Of a stretch of 64,000 bases of DNA, positions 1-12,740 are shown piece after piece (the stretch's first letter is position 1; each line of letters opens with the position of its first letter). Origin of the DNA: Octopus sinensis (taxonomy: Eukaryota); NCBI RefSeq assembly GCF_006345805.1, contig NC_043014.1:47244001-47308000 (forward strand). The letters run 5' to 3'. Under the pieces are notes generated by a model. That model ran no database searches. It was not told the DNA's origin and worked only from the letters and a program-made list of their open reading frames with translations. Position numbers and translations under genes: made by a program.

Positions 1-416
1 CCATATTTAACAATGAAGTGGTTAAAACTATTGACCACTTCAACATCTTTCCACTTAACTATTTATAAATGTGCTGGAATAAAACTTAATGTGTAAGAAA
101 GAGGTATGATGGTGATTATTTGTGACTAAGTGTTGCTAACTTGCATGTGACAGTGTGTGTGAGCATGCGTGTTGATGAACTAGTTAAGATATTGGTCTAC
201 AAATTTAACAGTCTTAAGTTCAAACCTTTTGTTAGTCAGTCAGTAAACTGTAGTTAGGCAAAAGCACAACCTCAACTCACAGTTAACCTCATGTTTTATC
301 ATGATCTTCAACCTCCTTGTCTTGTTCTTGATGTTGCTTGACCAAATCCTTCCCACTTTGTGGGCTTCTTATATCTCATTTATAGAGGATCTGTCCATTA
401 TCCTTTACCTGTTTCA

Positions 417-579
417 GCTCCGGCAGGGGGTGGTGATCCCTGCTGTACTCTTTCATCACTCTTTCTTCTGTTGGCCTGCTCCCTTAGCCATCAGGGTGGC
501 GTTATTCGAAGGCTAAAACAATGCGAACGCATTGTGACAGCGATGTGTAGCAACATCTGATGGTCTGGTCAGTCACGTG

Positions 580-581
<2 letters not shown>
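417..581 (+). mobile_element. 5'-truncated SINE (middle of module A + 3' module W)
   Basis: gctccggcagggggtggtgatccctgctgtactctttca matches the 49812 copy, then diverges; (TA)n tail. Confidence 0.6.
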
Positions 582-625
<44 letters not shown>

Positions 626-1096
626 TATATAATATATATATATATATAATATATATATACATACATATACACACACACATGACCATATTGTTATACATAG
701 TGTTATACCACATGATTAAAGCACTTCTGTATTTCTCAGAACTGTTTTGTAGGGTCAGCTGTGTTCCCATCAGTTCCACGTTCTCCAACTAAAAAGCTGT
801 TTAATCCCATCATTTAGTGTTGCCTTATTGTATTTATAGTCTGAAGTTTGTACATGGCACTTAATGGTGTATATAATTTGAAGTGTGAGGCCAACATCTT
901 GTCCATACATGCAAAACGCCAGAACAGCTGCCCAGTGAGGGTTTAGCTTTCAATAAATATACTCTACTTTGTCTACGGAGTACTCTTATTTTTTGTGTGT
1001 GTACACTTATTATTACTCACAGATACACACATATATACACATACTGATACAATATATATACATACACACTTACAGATGCATACAAGTATATACATG

Positions 1097-1127
<31 letters not shown>

Positions 1128-1187
1128 TACGGAGATGTACTTGCATAGCAAGTAACCTGATCTGAGATCGTATGCTAGAACGAAAAC

Positions 1188-1392
1188 AATTGCAGCATGG
1201 AAGGTGTTTATAAGCCATTTAAGAAACATGCAAAAACCGTTAGATTCACTTCAACATTTAAATTTAATTTGTCAGTGAACAGGTCGCGGTCTCAAAGCGA
1301 CGAAAATATTGACAAATTAAATTTAAATGTTGAAGTGAATCTAACGGTTTTTGTATGTTTCTTAAATGGCTTATAAACACATTCCACGCTGC

Positions 1393-1396
<4 letters not shown>
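1188..1396. repeat. Inverted repeat, 87-bp arms, 35-nt spacer containing a hammerhead-like core
   Basis: 1188-1274 vs 1310-1396, 3 mismatches; spacer GTGAACAG-GTCGC..GCGAC-GAAAATAT. Confidence 0.9.
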
Positions 1397-1432
<36 letters not shown>

Positions 1433-1837
1433 TATATATACATACATACATACATACTATATATACCTATTCATATACACATACAGATATATACTCTCTC
1501 TCTCTCTCACACTAGCACACACACACACAAACACACAAGGAATACATAACTGTCACAAAGTTTACAAAATTCTATTGTCACTCCTCTATTTTTAATGAAT
1601 GTACATTGTTTATATGCATATGTAGAGTGTGTGTGTGTGTATATTTGTGTGTGTGTGTATATAAGTGTGTGTGTGTGTGTGTGTGTGAATCAATGCCAGC
1701 ATGGATGATGGACATTAATAGATGATGAATGATGAGATATATATATATTTATGTCTCCCTCTCCCCTTTCTCTCTCTCATATATATATTATATACATATA
1801 TATATATATATATATACATACACACACACACACACAC

Positions 1838-1879
<42 letters not shown>

Positions 1880-1950
1880 GGTCCCCCGGGTTGATCCGGG
1901 GTTAACCACAGTAAGGTACTCAATACATAGCAGAGTAAAATTAATTTATT

Positions 1951-2065
1951 TATAGAAGGAGCTTCTACAGGACTAGTACTGTTCATTCAAGAGAAATCTT
2001 CAGGAAGCTTCCTGAAGATTTCTCTTGAATGAAACAGTACTAGTCCTGTAGAAGCTCCTTCTATA
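1951..2065. repeat. Near-perfect spacerless palindrome (57/58 bp arms, centre AAGCTT)
   Basis: Arms are reverse complements except for a 1-nt indel (GTTC vs GTTTC); flanked by (TA)n. Confidence 0.95.
2006..2056 (+). ncRNA. Type I hammerhead ribozyme motif with intact core
   Basis: Stem I AGCTTC(2006-11)/GAAGCT(2051-56); CTGAAGA 2012-18; stem II TTC/GAA with TCTT loop and U.U closure; GAAA 2031-34; stem III ACAG/CTGT with palindromic ACTAGT in the loop; GUA cleavage triplet 2048-50. Confidence 0.7.
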
Positions 2066-2336
2066 TAATAAATATAATTATATATATATATATATATATA
2101 TATAGTTCATTATACATAGTGTGCTTGATAGGAATTTACAAACTTTGAGAGATTGTGAAATGAATTTTTTTTTAATGGTGGAATGTGGAATAGAACTCTG
2201 TCATGTTTAAGAAAAATGTAGTTTCAAGTCCCACAGGCAGCCTTCAACTTTTTCCATCCATGGGTTCTTTAATCTAATACTTACATGCTATTATTTCTCT
2301 TACTTTATCTACTTCACATTCCATCCACTAAAACGG

Positions 2337-2384
<48 letters not shown>

Positions 2385-2403
2385 TATATATATATATATA
2401 TAT

Positions 2404-2812
2404 AGGCACAGGAGTGGCTGTGTGGTAAGTAGCTTGCTAACCAACCACATGGTTCCGGGTTCAGTCCCACTGCGTGGCATCTTGGGCAAGTGTCTTCTGC
2501 TATAGCCCCGGGCCGACCAATGCCTTGTGAGTGATTTGGTAGACAGAAACTGAAAGAAGCCTGTCGTATATATATATATATATATAATGTATCTATGTGT
2601 GTCTTTGTGTGTCTGTGCTTTTCCCCCTAGCATTGCTTGACAACCGATGCTGGTGTGTTTACGTCCCCGTCACTTAGCGGTTCGGCAAAAAGAGAACCGA
2701 TAGAATAAGTACTGGGCTTACAAAGAATAAGTCCCGGGGTCGATTTGCTCGACTAAAGGCGGTGCTCCAGCATGGCCGCAGTCAAATGACTGAAACAAGT
2801 AAAAGAGTAAAA
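2404..2812 (+). mobile_element. ~400-bp octopus-type tRNA-head SINE (family 1), internal (TA)n(TG)n, (AAAGAGT)n tail
   Basis: Head gcgcaggagtggctgtgtgg...ggttcagtcc (A/B-box like). Other approximate copies: 2855-3190+, 25235-25385-, 31930-32115-, 41297-41708+, 41725-42245-, 44760-44910-, 52680-53047+, 55108-55475+, 58995-59120-, 63222-63735+. Confidence 0.85.
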
Positions 2813-2813
2813 G

Positions 2814-2846
<33 letters not shown>

Positions 2847-3836
2847 TACACACGGCTGTGTTGTAAGAAGCTTGCTTCCCGATCACATGGTTCCGGGTTC
2901 AGTCTCACTGAGTGGTACCTCCGGCAAGTGACTTCTACTATAACCTTGAGCTGACCAAAGCATTGTGAACAGGTTTGGTAGACGGAAACTGGAAGAAGCC
3001 CAATGTGTGTGTGTGTCTGTGTTTGTCCCCCTACCATTGCTTGACAACCAGTGTTGGTGTGTTTATGTCCCCATAACTTAGCAGTTTGATAGCAGAGACT
3101 GATAAAGTAAGTACAGGGTTTTAAGAAAATAAGTACCCGGGGGTGGGGTGGCCACAGTCTCGGTCTCGTGACTGAGACAAGTAAAAGAAAAAAAAATATA
3201 TAGTATTATAGGTAGGTATAATTGAGGTTGTAACAGCTCTCCTTTATTAATGTCAGTTAGTTTATGATATATAATCCTCTCCAGAGATCTTTTTACTGAC
3301 AGTTTGGGTGAAGTGAAGTGTCACTAAGGTTGGGTAGGGTGGTGAGATATCGGGAGATGTGTGTGTGAGTGTGTGTGTGTGAGAATGTTTAACCCTCGTT
3401 CACCTCACCTCTCTCTTCCTTATTGACATACATATATCTTTACTGCTTTCTCACCACCCAGCCATTTTACTCAACACTTCTGTAGTACCACAGTAGCTGG
3501 CTCTTCCAGCCACTTACACTGTCACATTTGTCTGTCTGTATGTCTGTCCCCCCCTCCCTGCCACACACACACACATGCAGTGGTGGGGGTGTGCTGCTAC
3601 TTCTAATATCACTGAAGTCTCTAATTAGGTCTCACTTGGCGTCAAGGTACATTACGCAGCTTCCCTTATTGTAGGTTGATAGAGGGTACCTTATCAGTCT
3701 CCCACAAAGAAAAGACCCCTCACATTGCTTCAGTTTTGTTTATTTAAAGTAAAGTGATCTGCGACAAAAGTCCATCTTAAGCAAGACAACTTACCCTACT
3801 TACCTTACATATATTTCGGTTAAACACAGCTTTTAT

Positions 3837-4248
3837 ACTCTTTTACTCTTTTACTTGTTTCAGTCATTTGACTGCGGCCATGCTGGAGCACCGCCTTCAG
3901 TCGAGCAAATCGACCCCGGCACTTATTCTTTGTAAGCCCAGTACTTATTCTATCGGTCTCTATTTCCGAACCACTAAGTGACGGGGACATAAACACACCA
4001 GCATCGGTTGTTAAGCAATGCTAGGGGGACAAACACAGACACACAAACATACAAGCACACACATACATATATATATACATATACACGACGGGCTTCTTTC
4101 AGTTTCCATCTACCAAATCCACTCACAAGGCTTTGGTCGGCATGGGGCTATAGCAGAAGACACTTGCCCAAGATGCCACGCAGTGGGACTGAACCCGCAG
4201 CCATGTGGTTGGTTAGCAAGCTACTTACCACACAGCCACTCCTGCGCC
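3837..4248 (-). mobile_element. Family 1 SINE
   Basis: Full-length reverse-complement copy. Confidence 0.85.
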
Positions 4249-4557
4249 GAAGTATCTTAGCAAAAACAAGCTTAAACATTCTCCAGACAGAGATATGATA
4301 TAGTTACATTTATCTTAGCTCCTTCTCTCACTGTTTGCTTTACACACACTCTCTCCCCACCACACACATTCTGTGTCTCCTTTACTATTATTTAGTCAAT
4401 CAGATTGCGCCCCACCCCCAACTCCTAGTATTTATATTATTTATCTCTCTCTGTCAAACTTCACAGTCATGACATATAGACACGATATAAACACAACACC
4501 AGTTTTTAGATCCATGTAAAACAAATTCACATTGAAGCAGGTATGCACTCCCCCACA

Positions 4558-4636
<79 letters not shown>

Positions 4637-4638
<2 letters not shown>

Positions 4639-5022
4639 TCATCATCATCATCATCGTTTAACGTCCGCTTCCATGCTAGCATGGGTTGGACGGTTCAACT
4701 GGGGTCTGGCAAGCCCGAAGGCTGCACCAGGCCAGTCAGATCTGGCAGTGTTTCTACACCTGGATGCCCTTCCTAACGCCAACCACTCCGAGAGTGTAGT
4801 GGGTGATTTTATGTGCCACCGACACAGGTGCCAGACGAGGCTGGCAGACGGCCACGCTCGGATGGTGTTTTTTATGTGCCACTGACACAGGTGCCAGATG
4901 AGGCTGGCAGACGGCCACGCTCGGATGGTGTTTTTTATGTGCTACCGACACAGGTGCCAGACGAGGCTGGCAGACGGCCACACTCGGATGGTGTTTTTTA
5001 TGTGCCACCGACACAGGTGCCA
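4637..5022 (-). mobile_element. RTE-tailed non-autonomous retroposon (family 3) with 63-bp 5' monomers
   Basis: (GAT)n tail, central ggttggcgttaggaagggcatccag block, about 3.4 monomers. Other approximate copies: 6160-6340-, 10310-10592+, 13385-13787+, 32138-32395-, 45155-45640-, 51900-52560-. Confidence 0.8.
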
Positions 5023-5421
5023 GCGCAGGAGTGGCTGTGTGGTAAGTAGCTTGCTAACCAACCACATGGTTCCGGGTTCAGTCCTACTGCGTGGCATCTT
5101 GGGCAAGTGTCTTCTGCTATAGCCCCGGGCCGACCAATGCCTTGTGAGTGGATTTGGTAGACAGAAACTGAAAGAAGCCTGTCGTATATATGTATATATA
5201 TGTATATATATATATATGTGTGTGTGTGTGTTTGTGTATCTGTGTTTGTCCCTCTAGCATTACGTTCCCGTAACTTAGTGGTTCGGCAAAAGAGACCGAT
5301 AGAATAAGTACTGGACTTACAAAGAATAAGTCCCGGGGTTGATTTGCTCGACTAAAGGCGGTGCTCCAGCATGGCCGCAGTCAAATGACTGAAACAAGTA
5401 AAAGAGTAAAGAGTAAAAGAG
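5023..5421 (+). mobile_element. Family 1 SINE, head-to-head with an RTE-tailed element
   Basis: Abuts the truncated monomer array at 5022. Confidence 0.85.
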
Positions 5422-6900
5422 TATACATCTTAATATAATTAAAATTATTTATCTTCCTCTGTACACAAGTGAACTGGTGTCATTTTCACCTAAAACTGTT
5501 GCATTGATAATAATAATAATAGTGAAAGTATTGTATACAGTGCTCAGGTGACCACGACTTGTCAGAAAGTGCGTATAAAGCATATGCAGTAATGTACAAA
5601 TGTGTGGGAAGTGAACAGTGTATGAGTCAGATACATGCTTGCGTGTGTATGGAGGGGAGAAAATCAGGTGCAGTGTTGGCGAATCTCAGGAAGCATGGAA
5701 GTTTTGAAGGATGCAGTGCTCCGACAACTAACAACTGATGCTGGCAGTTTGTTCCATACTTCAGCAACTCTTAGCGGGAAAAAATGTTTCGTTCATGTTT
5801 TTGTGTGTAGGAGTGCCACTTTGGAATCGATTTATTTCTATATTTAAGTGTATTGTGACCTATAGAATACTCTGATTTCCCAATGTTACATGCATATATT
5901 ATAGTTCCTTTCTCATCCTCTTGTGCCAACAATTTTTATTATATGAGAAATTATGATAAACACAAGTTTATCATATCATTTGTTCCCTACATCTGTTTCA
6001 CCCTTGTGCTTGTTTGGTACAGCTGCATTGAATGTTCCAAGTGCCGTTGGATGCTTAATCACTGCAGATCATCAAGGGAACACTTTATTGCATTATATTA
6101 CAGATTCTTAACCAATAGTTTTCTAAGTATATCAAGCCAACAGTGTTCTACTAAGATCATCATCATCATTTAGTGTCTGCTTTCCATGCTAGCATGGGTT
6201 AGATGGGTTAAACTGAAACTGGTAAGCTGGAGAGCTGTACCAGGTTCCAATCTGGATGCCCTTCATAATGCCAACCACTCCATGAGGCCCCATGTTTGAA
6301 GGGTGCCTTTTACATGCCACTGGCATGGGTGCCTGTTACATGACGCTCAATTTTCTAAAACTATTATATTTTTATAATGAAGTATTATTAAGAATTGTAT
6401 AAAATAATTATTAAAATATTTTCTGTATTGTAGAAATATAACCAATTTATTGGAGGTAAATTTTAACAATAAAATCTTAGATGGACCCCAAAGGGTCATA
6501 TGAACCCCTGCTGGGAACCATTGTTTTAAATTAACAATCACCCAACCAATACCATATAATTATACCATATAATTCAGAAAATTTCAAGAGAAGGAAACTA
6601 GAGAGAGATGCATACTTGCATAGACTCACACACACACACATACACACACATAATTACATAGTCATATATATAGTGACATGCTTGATGAATTGACATTTGG
6701 GACACATTCATACTGACATGATGATCAATCACATTGAGAATGGGTGACATAGTAAGATAAGAAAGTGATTAAAAATAGATGGATAAAGTAGTTAATGATA
6801 GATGAATGATAGATTAAAGATAGGCAAAGATATTAAAAGTGGATGATTAAAGAAATTAAAGATGGATAGTTAAAGAAATCAGACAGAGAATGAGATTTAA

Positions 6901-7045
6901 GATGGACAATTGGATCGAGTGGAGATGGACAATTGAAGCGACTGAAGATGGACGATTGGATCGACTGGAGATGGACAATTGAAGCGACTGAAAATGGACA
7001 ATCGAAGCGACTGCAGATGGACAATTGAAACGACTGGAGATGGAT
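6901..7045. repeat. 23-bp minisatellite, about 6 copies
   Basis: gatggacaattgaagcgactgaa and variants. Confidence 0.9.
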
Positions 7046-7129
7046 GAATAAAAAGAATGTTGCAGAGAGATAATGGTAGAAATAGAAGGCTGGTGGAAAG
7101 TTTGTATGTATAGTCCCTCAGCTTGCCAG

Positions 7130-7175
<46 letters not shown>

Positions 7176-7434
7176 CTGTTTGCATACACACACACACGTA
7201 TGCATATATTCATTAAATGTAATCTAGCAATGGCCATCCTGTATTTTTATCAGCGATTACATTATCTAATTTGTTCTTAAAGATCATAGGATGATATTTG
7301 GTTACTAATTCTAGGTGGTCAAGCAACCACATTATATACCTATAAATGAACATTACATAATCATCAGAACAAGTACTAAATAGGCATCGTATACAAAACC
7401 CATTGTCATTGCCAAATGTGCAATCTTTAGAGTA

Positions 7435-7753
7435 GCGCATGTGTGTGTGTGAGTGAGTGCATGTAAATATATATATGCACACACACATATACACACATAT
7501 ATATATATATACACATACACACACACATATATATATATACACACACATATATATACACACACATATATACACACACATATATACACACACATATATATAC
7601 ACATATATATACACACACATATATACGCACACACACACACATATATATATACACACACACATATATATATGTATATATATATATACACACATATATATAT
7701 ATACATACACACACATATATATGTATATATATATGTACACATATATATACACA

Positions 7754-7800
<47 letters not shown>

Positions 7801-7806
7801 CACACG

Positions 7807-7839
<33 letters not shown>

Positions 7840-7840
7840 G
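7435..7840. repeat. Compound (TA)/(CA) microsatellite
   Basis: Direct reading; source of the overlapping low-complexity ORFs. Confidence 0.97.
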
Positions 7841-8299
7841 AAGAGGAAATGTATAGACAGAAAGGCTACTTGTCCATGCTAAGGTCTTGGTTTTTAATTT
7901 CTACACTAGTCTGTATGAGAACATAATGGAAAATATTAGTAAAATGTCTGTATCATTCACTGTCTCTCTCTCTCTCTCTCTCATTCTATTATTCACTGTG
8001 TCTCATTTTCACTTTCTCTCCTTGTATCCCTCTGTCTCTCTCTCCACCCCCTCACTCTCTCTCTCATATCTAAAAATTTTGGTTAATGGCAGAAGATCAA
8101 ATCAAGCTGATCTGAATTAGTTCATTCACTAAATAGAATCAATAAAGAAGCTGAATGCTTCAAAAGAAGTAAAACAAAATGGATAAATAAAAATGAAAAA
8201 AGAAACCCTATAATGAACCAAACCAGAAACTAGACAGACAAGTGTAGCCATAATGGAGATTATTTTTAGAAAATCTCTCTCTCTCTGTCTCACATACAC

Positions 8300-8382
8300 A
8301 CGTTTCTGTATGTATATATATATATACATACATACACACACATACACACAGAAATATATATACATACACACATGTATATATG

Positions 8383-8416
<34 letters not shown>

Positions 8417-8980
8417 TATATATATATACATATATATATTTACATACATACATATATACACATATATATATTTACATATGTATATATATATATACATACA
8501 TACATATATACACATATATATATATTATATATACATAAATACATATATACACATATATATACATGCATATATATATGCATGTATATATATATGCATATAT
8601 ATATAACATACATATATATATATGCATATATAATGTATATATACATATATATATGCATATATATATACATACATATTATATATGCATATATATATATATA
8701 TACATATATATATGCATTATATATACATACATATATATATGCATATATATATGTATATATATACATATATATATGCATATAATATATATACATATATATA
8801 TGCATATATATATACATACATATATATATATACATATATATATGCATATATATATACATACATATATATATGCATATATATTATATACATACATATATAT
8901 ATTCATATACATATATATATATATATCTTTTGTTTATTTTCATAAAGCTTCCCTATATATATATATATATATATATATAA
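8300..8980. repeat. Long interrupted (TA)n microsatellite
   Basis: Direct reading. Confidence 0.97.
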
Positions 8981-9602
8981 GCTTCCAATTAAAGAAAAAG
9001 ATGAAGTAGTTGTAGCTTGTTTATATGGTTTGATCTAATTAGTAAAAGTAATGAGTGTTCGAGACAGATTCATTGACAAATTCCGCCATCAGAGAATGCA
9101 TTGTTTCTCCAAAAGGAGAAAGTCTGTTGAGAAATTAAAAATATTTGATATTGTCCCTTAGAAATGTTAAACACAACCCCCAAAAAGACATTATTTTAAG
9201 CAAATGAAAACAATTACATTTTTTAAATTCAGTTTTTGTCTGCTATGTTTTTTTTTTTTGTATTTGTTGTTGTTGTTCTCAGTGGTTTGGTTTTTGTCTA
9301 TATTAATGGTTTTATTGTTGCTGGAGTCAAGTACTTGTTTCATTTCATTTTTTTGTCTTTGAAACAATGAAAACAACCTAAACTTTATCACAACATTTGG
9401 TTTGTACGCTCGGCTATTGTTTCTTGCTGACAACTGTTCTGTTGATGTGTGACACTGTAAAGTTTAGTTGGAACGGTTGGCGGTTCCTTCCATGGAATTC
9501 ATCTGCTTGAATTTGGAGATATTTAGGATTGATCTCAGAGACCATTATTTCTTCGTTGCCACTTACAGTTTAGACTCTCAAAATTCATTTTATCTTCTTT
9601 GA

Positions 9603-10132
9603 TCCTTTAGCATTTAAACCAGCCATATCAAGCCCTAATATTCTACCTGTTTTATGTCCAGGCCAGATTCAGCCTCTCACACTTACCTTGCACAATGTCA
9701 TTCAAAGTATTGGTGTGGAGCCACATGGCCTAGTGGTTAGAGCAGTGGATTCGCGGTCGAGGGATCTCGGGTTCGAATCTCAGACCGGGCGATGTGTGTG
9801 TTTATGAGCGAAACACCTAAGCTCCACGCGGCTCCGGCAGAAGGTAATGGCGAAACTTCTGCTGACTCTTTCGCCACAACTTTCTCTCACTCTTTCCTCC
9901 TGTATCTTGCAGCTCACCTGCGACGGACCAGCGTCCCGTCCAGGTGGGGAGCCTATACGCCAAGGAAACCAGGAAACTGGCCCTTATGAGCTAGGCATGG
10001 CTCGAGAAGGAACAAAGTGTTAACAATCAAATCGTGGAAATCTTGAACCTACAAGATTATGCATGATTAATTCAAACCAATGTGAATCAATAAGCTTTAC
10101 AGTTGACACAGAGTAATCTGAATGCTAAAGAG
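9603..10132. mobile_element. Older copy of the same piggyBac-like MITE, interrupted by a SINE
   Basis: TTGA|TCCTTTAGCATTTAAACCAGCC ... GCTAAAGAG|TTAA; internal similarity to 49662-50287. Confidence 0.6.
9712..10012 (+). mobile_element. tRNA-head SINE (5' module A) with a V-domain-like 3' block
   Basis: tggcctagtgg A box, ggttcgaatc B box; cctgcgacggaccagcgtcccgtccagg resembles the recalled V-SINE domain; 9-bp TSD caaagt(a/g)tt. Confidence 0.75.
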
Positions 10133-10639
10133 TTAAATATTGTGATGAGACATTGTGGCATTCAATAATGTCTTTAATGGCATAAATATTAAACGATTTT
10201 CAATTCACTGGAGGCAGACTTTAACTCTCTGGTCGTTACAATGTGGTTTGTTACATAAAACATATTTTAATAGCCCAGGAATTAATGTTTTGTGTTTATA
10301 TATATATGCCAAAGCTAGTGCCGCCTCGACTGGCTTCCGTGCCGGTGGCACGTAAAATTCATCAATCCGACCGTGGCCGTTGCCAGCCTCGCCTGGTACC
10401 TGTGCAGGTGGCATGTAAAAAGCACCCACTACACTCACGGAGTGGTTGGCGTTAGGAAGGGCATCCAGCTGTAGAAACACTGCCAGATCAGACTGGAGCC
10501 TGGTGCAGCCTTCTGGCTTCCCAGATCCCCGGTCGAACCGTCTAACCCATGCTAGCATGGAGAACGGACGTTAAACGATGATGATGATGATATATTTTTA
10601 GACATACCTGCTTCAGCTTTAGTTATCAAAACTACCATT

Positions 10640-11083
10640 GACATGTCTGTATGTATCTATCTAGGTTGTCCCTCAGGATGCTCCAAGACTGTTTCCACAC
10701 GTTTTTCCCATTCATCTCGATCTTCCATAATGGTCCTCAGCTCCTGTACCCCTTCCATACAACTATCCTCCAGCAAGTTGTCGATATTGGTCGTCTTCTT
10801 CCTTCCTCTCCTGGTTCTTCCTTCCGTTGGTTTCCATAGCACCAGCTTGTTAGCAATTTCATTGGTGTGTCTGATACAGTGTCCAGCCAGCCTCATCCTT
10901 CTATGCTGTATCTTCAATGTTACTTTTGGTAGTCCCTGGTATAAGTCGACGTTTGTTGTATGACTATTCCAGGAGACATTGAGTGCCATTCTAAGCATCC
11001 TCATATAACAACCATCCAACTGCTTCCTCAATGCTTTAGTGAGCATCCCTGTTTCAGCCCCGTATAGAAGAACAGACTCTGCA
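10640..11083 (-). mobile_element. 5'-truncated RTE-clade LINE, C-terminal part of ORF2 with short tandem tail
   Basis: ESVLLYGAET.MLTKALRKQLDGCYMRMLRMALNVSW...RRMRLAGHCIRH...RRGRKKT...DRDEW (ORF 10657-11046); TAGA/CATA tail. Confidence 0.85.
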
Positions 11084-11214
11084 TTTATCTAGACAGTTTT
11101 ATCCAACCATTTTTTTTTTTAACCTGCTGACACCTTTGGTTCTTATTCTATTTGGTTGGACTGTCTTACCATTTTGATGTTTAAAAAATCATCTTTTATT
11201 TTTCAAAATCAAAA

Positions 11215-11712
11215 TCAAATTTGATGACTGGTGTCTGTGTTAGCAGTGTGCAAAGAGCACCATACGAGTGTGACCATTGACAGAGCAGCTAACTGGCTTC
11301 CATGCCAGTGGCACTTAAAAGGCACCATTCGAGTGTGATTGTTACCAGTGTCGCCTTAAAGAGCACCATCTGATCGTGATAGTTGCCAGAGCGGCTATCT
11401 GGCCTCCGTGCTGGTGGCACGTAAAAGGCACCATTTGAGCGTGATCGTTCAGCATCGCCTTACTGGCACTTGTGCTGGTGGCATGTGTAAAAGATTCGAA
11501 CGAGGTCGCTGCCTGTACGGCCCCATGCTGGTGGCACATAAAAACACCCACTACACTCTCGGAGTGGTTGGCGTTAGGAAGGGCATCCAGCTGTAGAAAC
11601 TCTGCCAGATCAATATTGAAGCCTGGTGCAGCCATCTGGTTTGCCAGCCCTCAGTCAACTCGTCCAACCCATGCTAGCATGGAAAGCAGACGTTAAATAA
11701 TGATGATGATGA
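11215..11712 (+). mobile_element. Long, diverged family 3 copy
   Basis: Several degenerate gtgc.ggtggcac.taaaa.gcacc monomers, conserved body, (GAT)n tail. Confidence 0.75.
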
Positions 11713-12377
11713 TATTATTAGGAATCGTGTAAAAAAATTTAAATATTTGTGTATTATAGAAGTATGACCTAGTTATTGCACAAATTTTAACAGCAAAATC
11801 TTAGATGGACCCCAGTTGAGAACTACTGATCTAAACAGTTTTACCCACCATGGCTGCTACAAATGGAACCAGGAAAACAAAACCCTGGGTTACAATACCA
11901 TTATGATTTATATTCCACTATTTGGTGCGTTAGTGTTGTTAATACTACGTGCTTATGAGTAATTATTGTCAAGATGACTCTACCAAAACACCGACCACCT
12001 GACCACACCAACACAACAATATTTTGTTGGAGGTGTTCTAATTTTATATTTGGTGGGTTGGTATGACTTGGGGTATGATGGGTTAGCTTATATGCAGTGG
12101 AATGGGGGCCTCCAGCTGTGTTAAGCGATGTTTCTCTGGAACTGTGGATCTGTTCACTACATGTCATATGTTTTGTTTAATTGTAGCTTGTATAGTGCAT
12201 CAGGTACACTCAGTGAAGTGGTTGGCATTAGGAAGTGCATCCAACTGTAGAGACCAAGCCAAAACAGACTCTGGTCTTATCAGCTCCTGTCAAACTGTCC
12301 AGCCCATGCCAGCATAGAACATTTGACTTATATGATGATGATGTTGGTTTGGGGTTACACCACAATGTCTATTACCT

Positions 12378-12740
12378 ATTTCTTTATTACCCACAAGGGG
12401 CTAAACATAGAAGGGACAAACAAGGACAGACATAGGTATTAAGTCGATTACTACACTGCGGAGTGGTTGGCGTTAGGAAGGGCATCCAGCCGTAGAAACA
12501 CTGCCAGATCAGACTGGACCTGATGCAGCCTTCTGGCTTCACAGATCCCAGTTGAACCGTCCAACCCATGCTAGCATGGAAAACGGACGCTAAATGATGA
12601 TGATGATGACATTGACCCCAGTGTGTAACTGGTACTTAATTTATTGACCCCGAAAGGATGAAAGGCAAAGTCGACCTTGGCGGAATTTGAACTCACAACG
12701 TAATGAAAGACGAAATACGGCTGCGCATTTCGCCCGGCGA
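12378..12740 (-). mobile_element. Family 2 SINE split by an RTE-tailed element (about 12451-12608, +)
   Basis: Host sequence gattac|attgacc is interrupted by a fragment ending in (GAT)n. Confidence 0.75.

Noticed and set aside
4008-4298. Recurring ORFs such as RHLPKMPRSGTEPGTMWLVSKLL and [12 protein letters not shown]
   Set aside because: Chance translations of SINE families 1 and 3, recurring with each copy.
6340-6535. Single hAT/Charlie-like end (CAATGGTTCCCAG; a related end near 11800-11830)
   Set aside because: No partner TIR or TSD found; boundaries undefined.
573-9009. Many long ORFs rich in Y/I/H/T/C/V (also at 21173-21755, 25235-25749, 42900-43432, 62394-62967)
   Set aside because: Translations of (TA)n/(CA)n microsatellites.
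9712-9790. tRNA-like sequences at SINE heads
   Set aside because: Continuous with SINE bodies; no complete cloverleaf; not tRNA genes.
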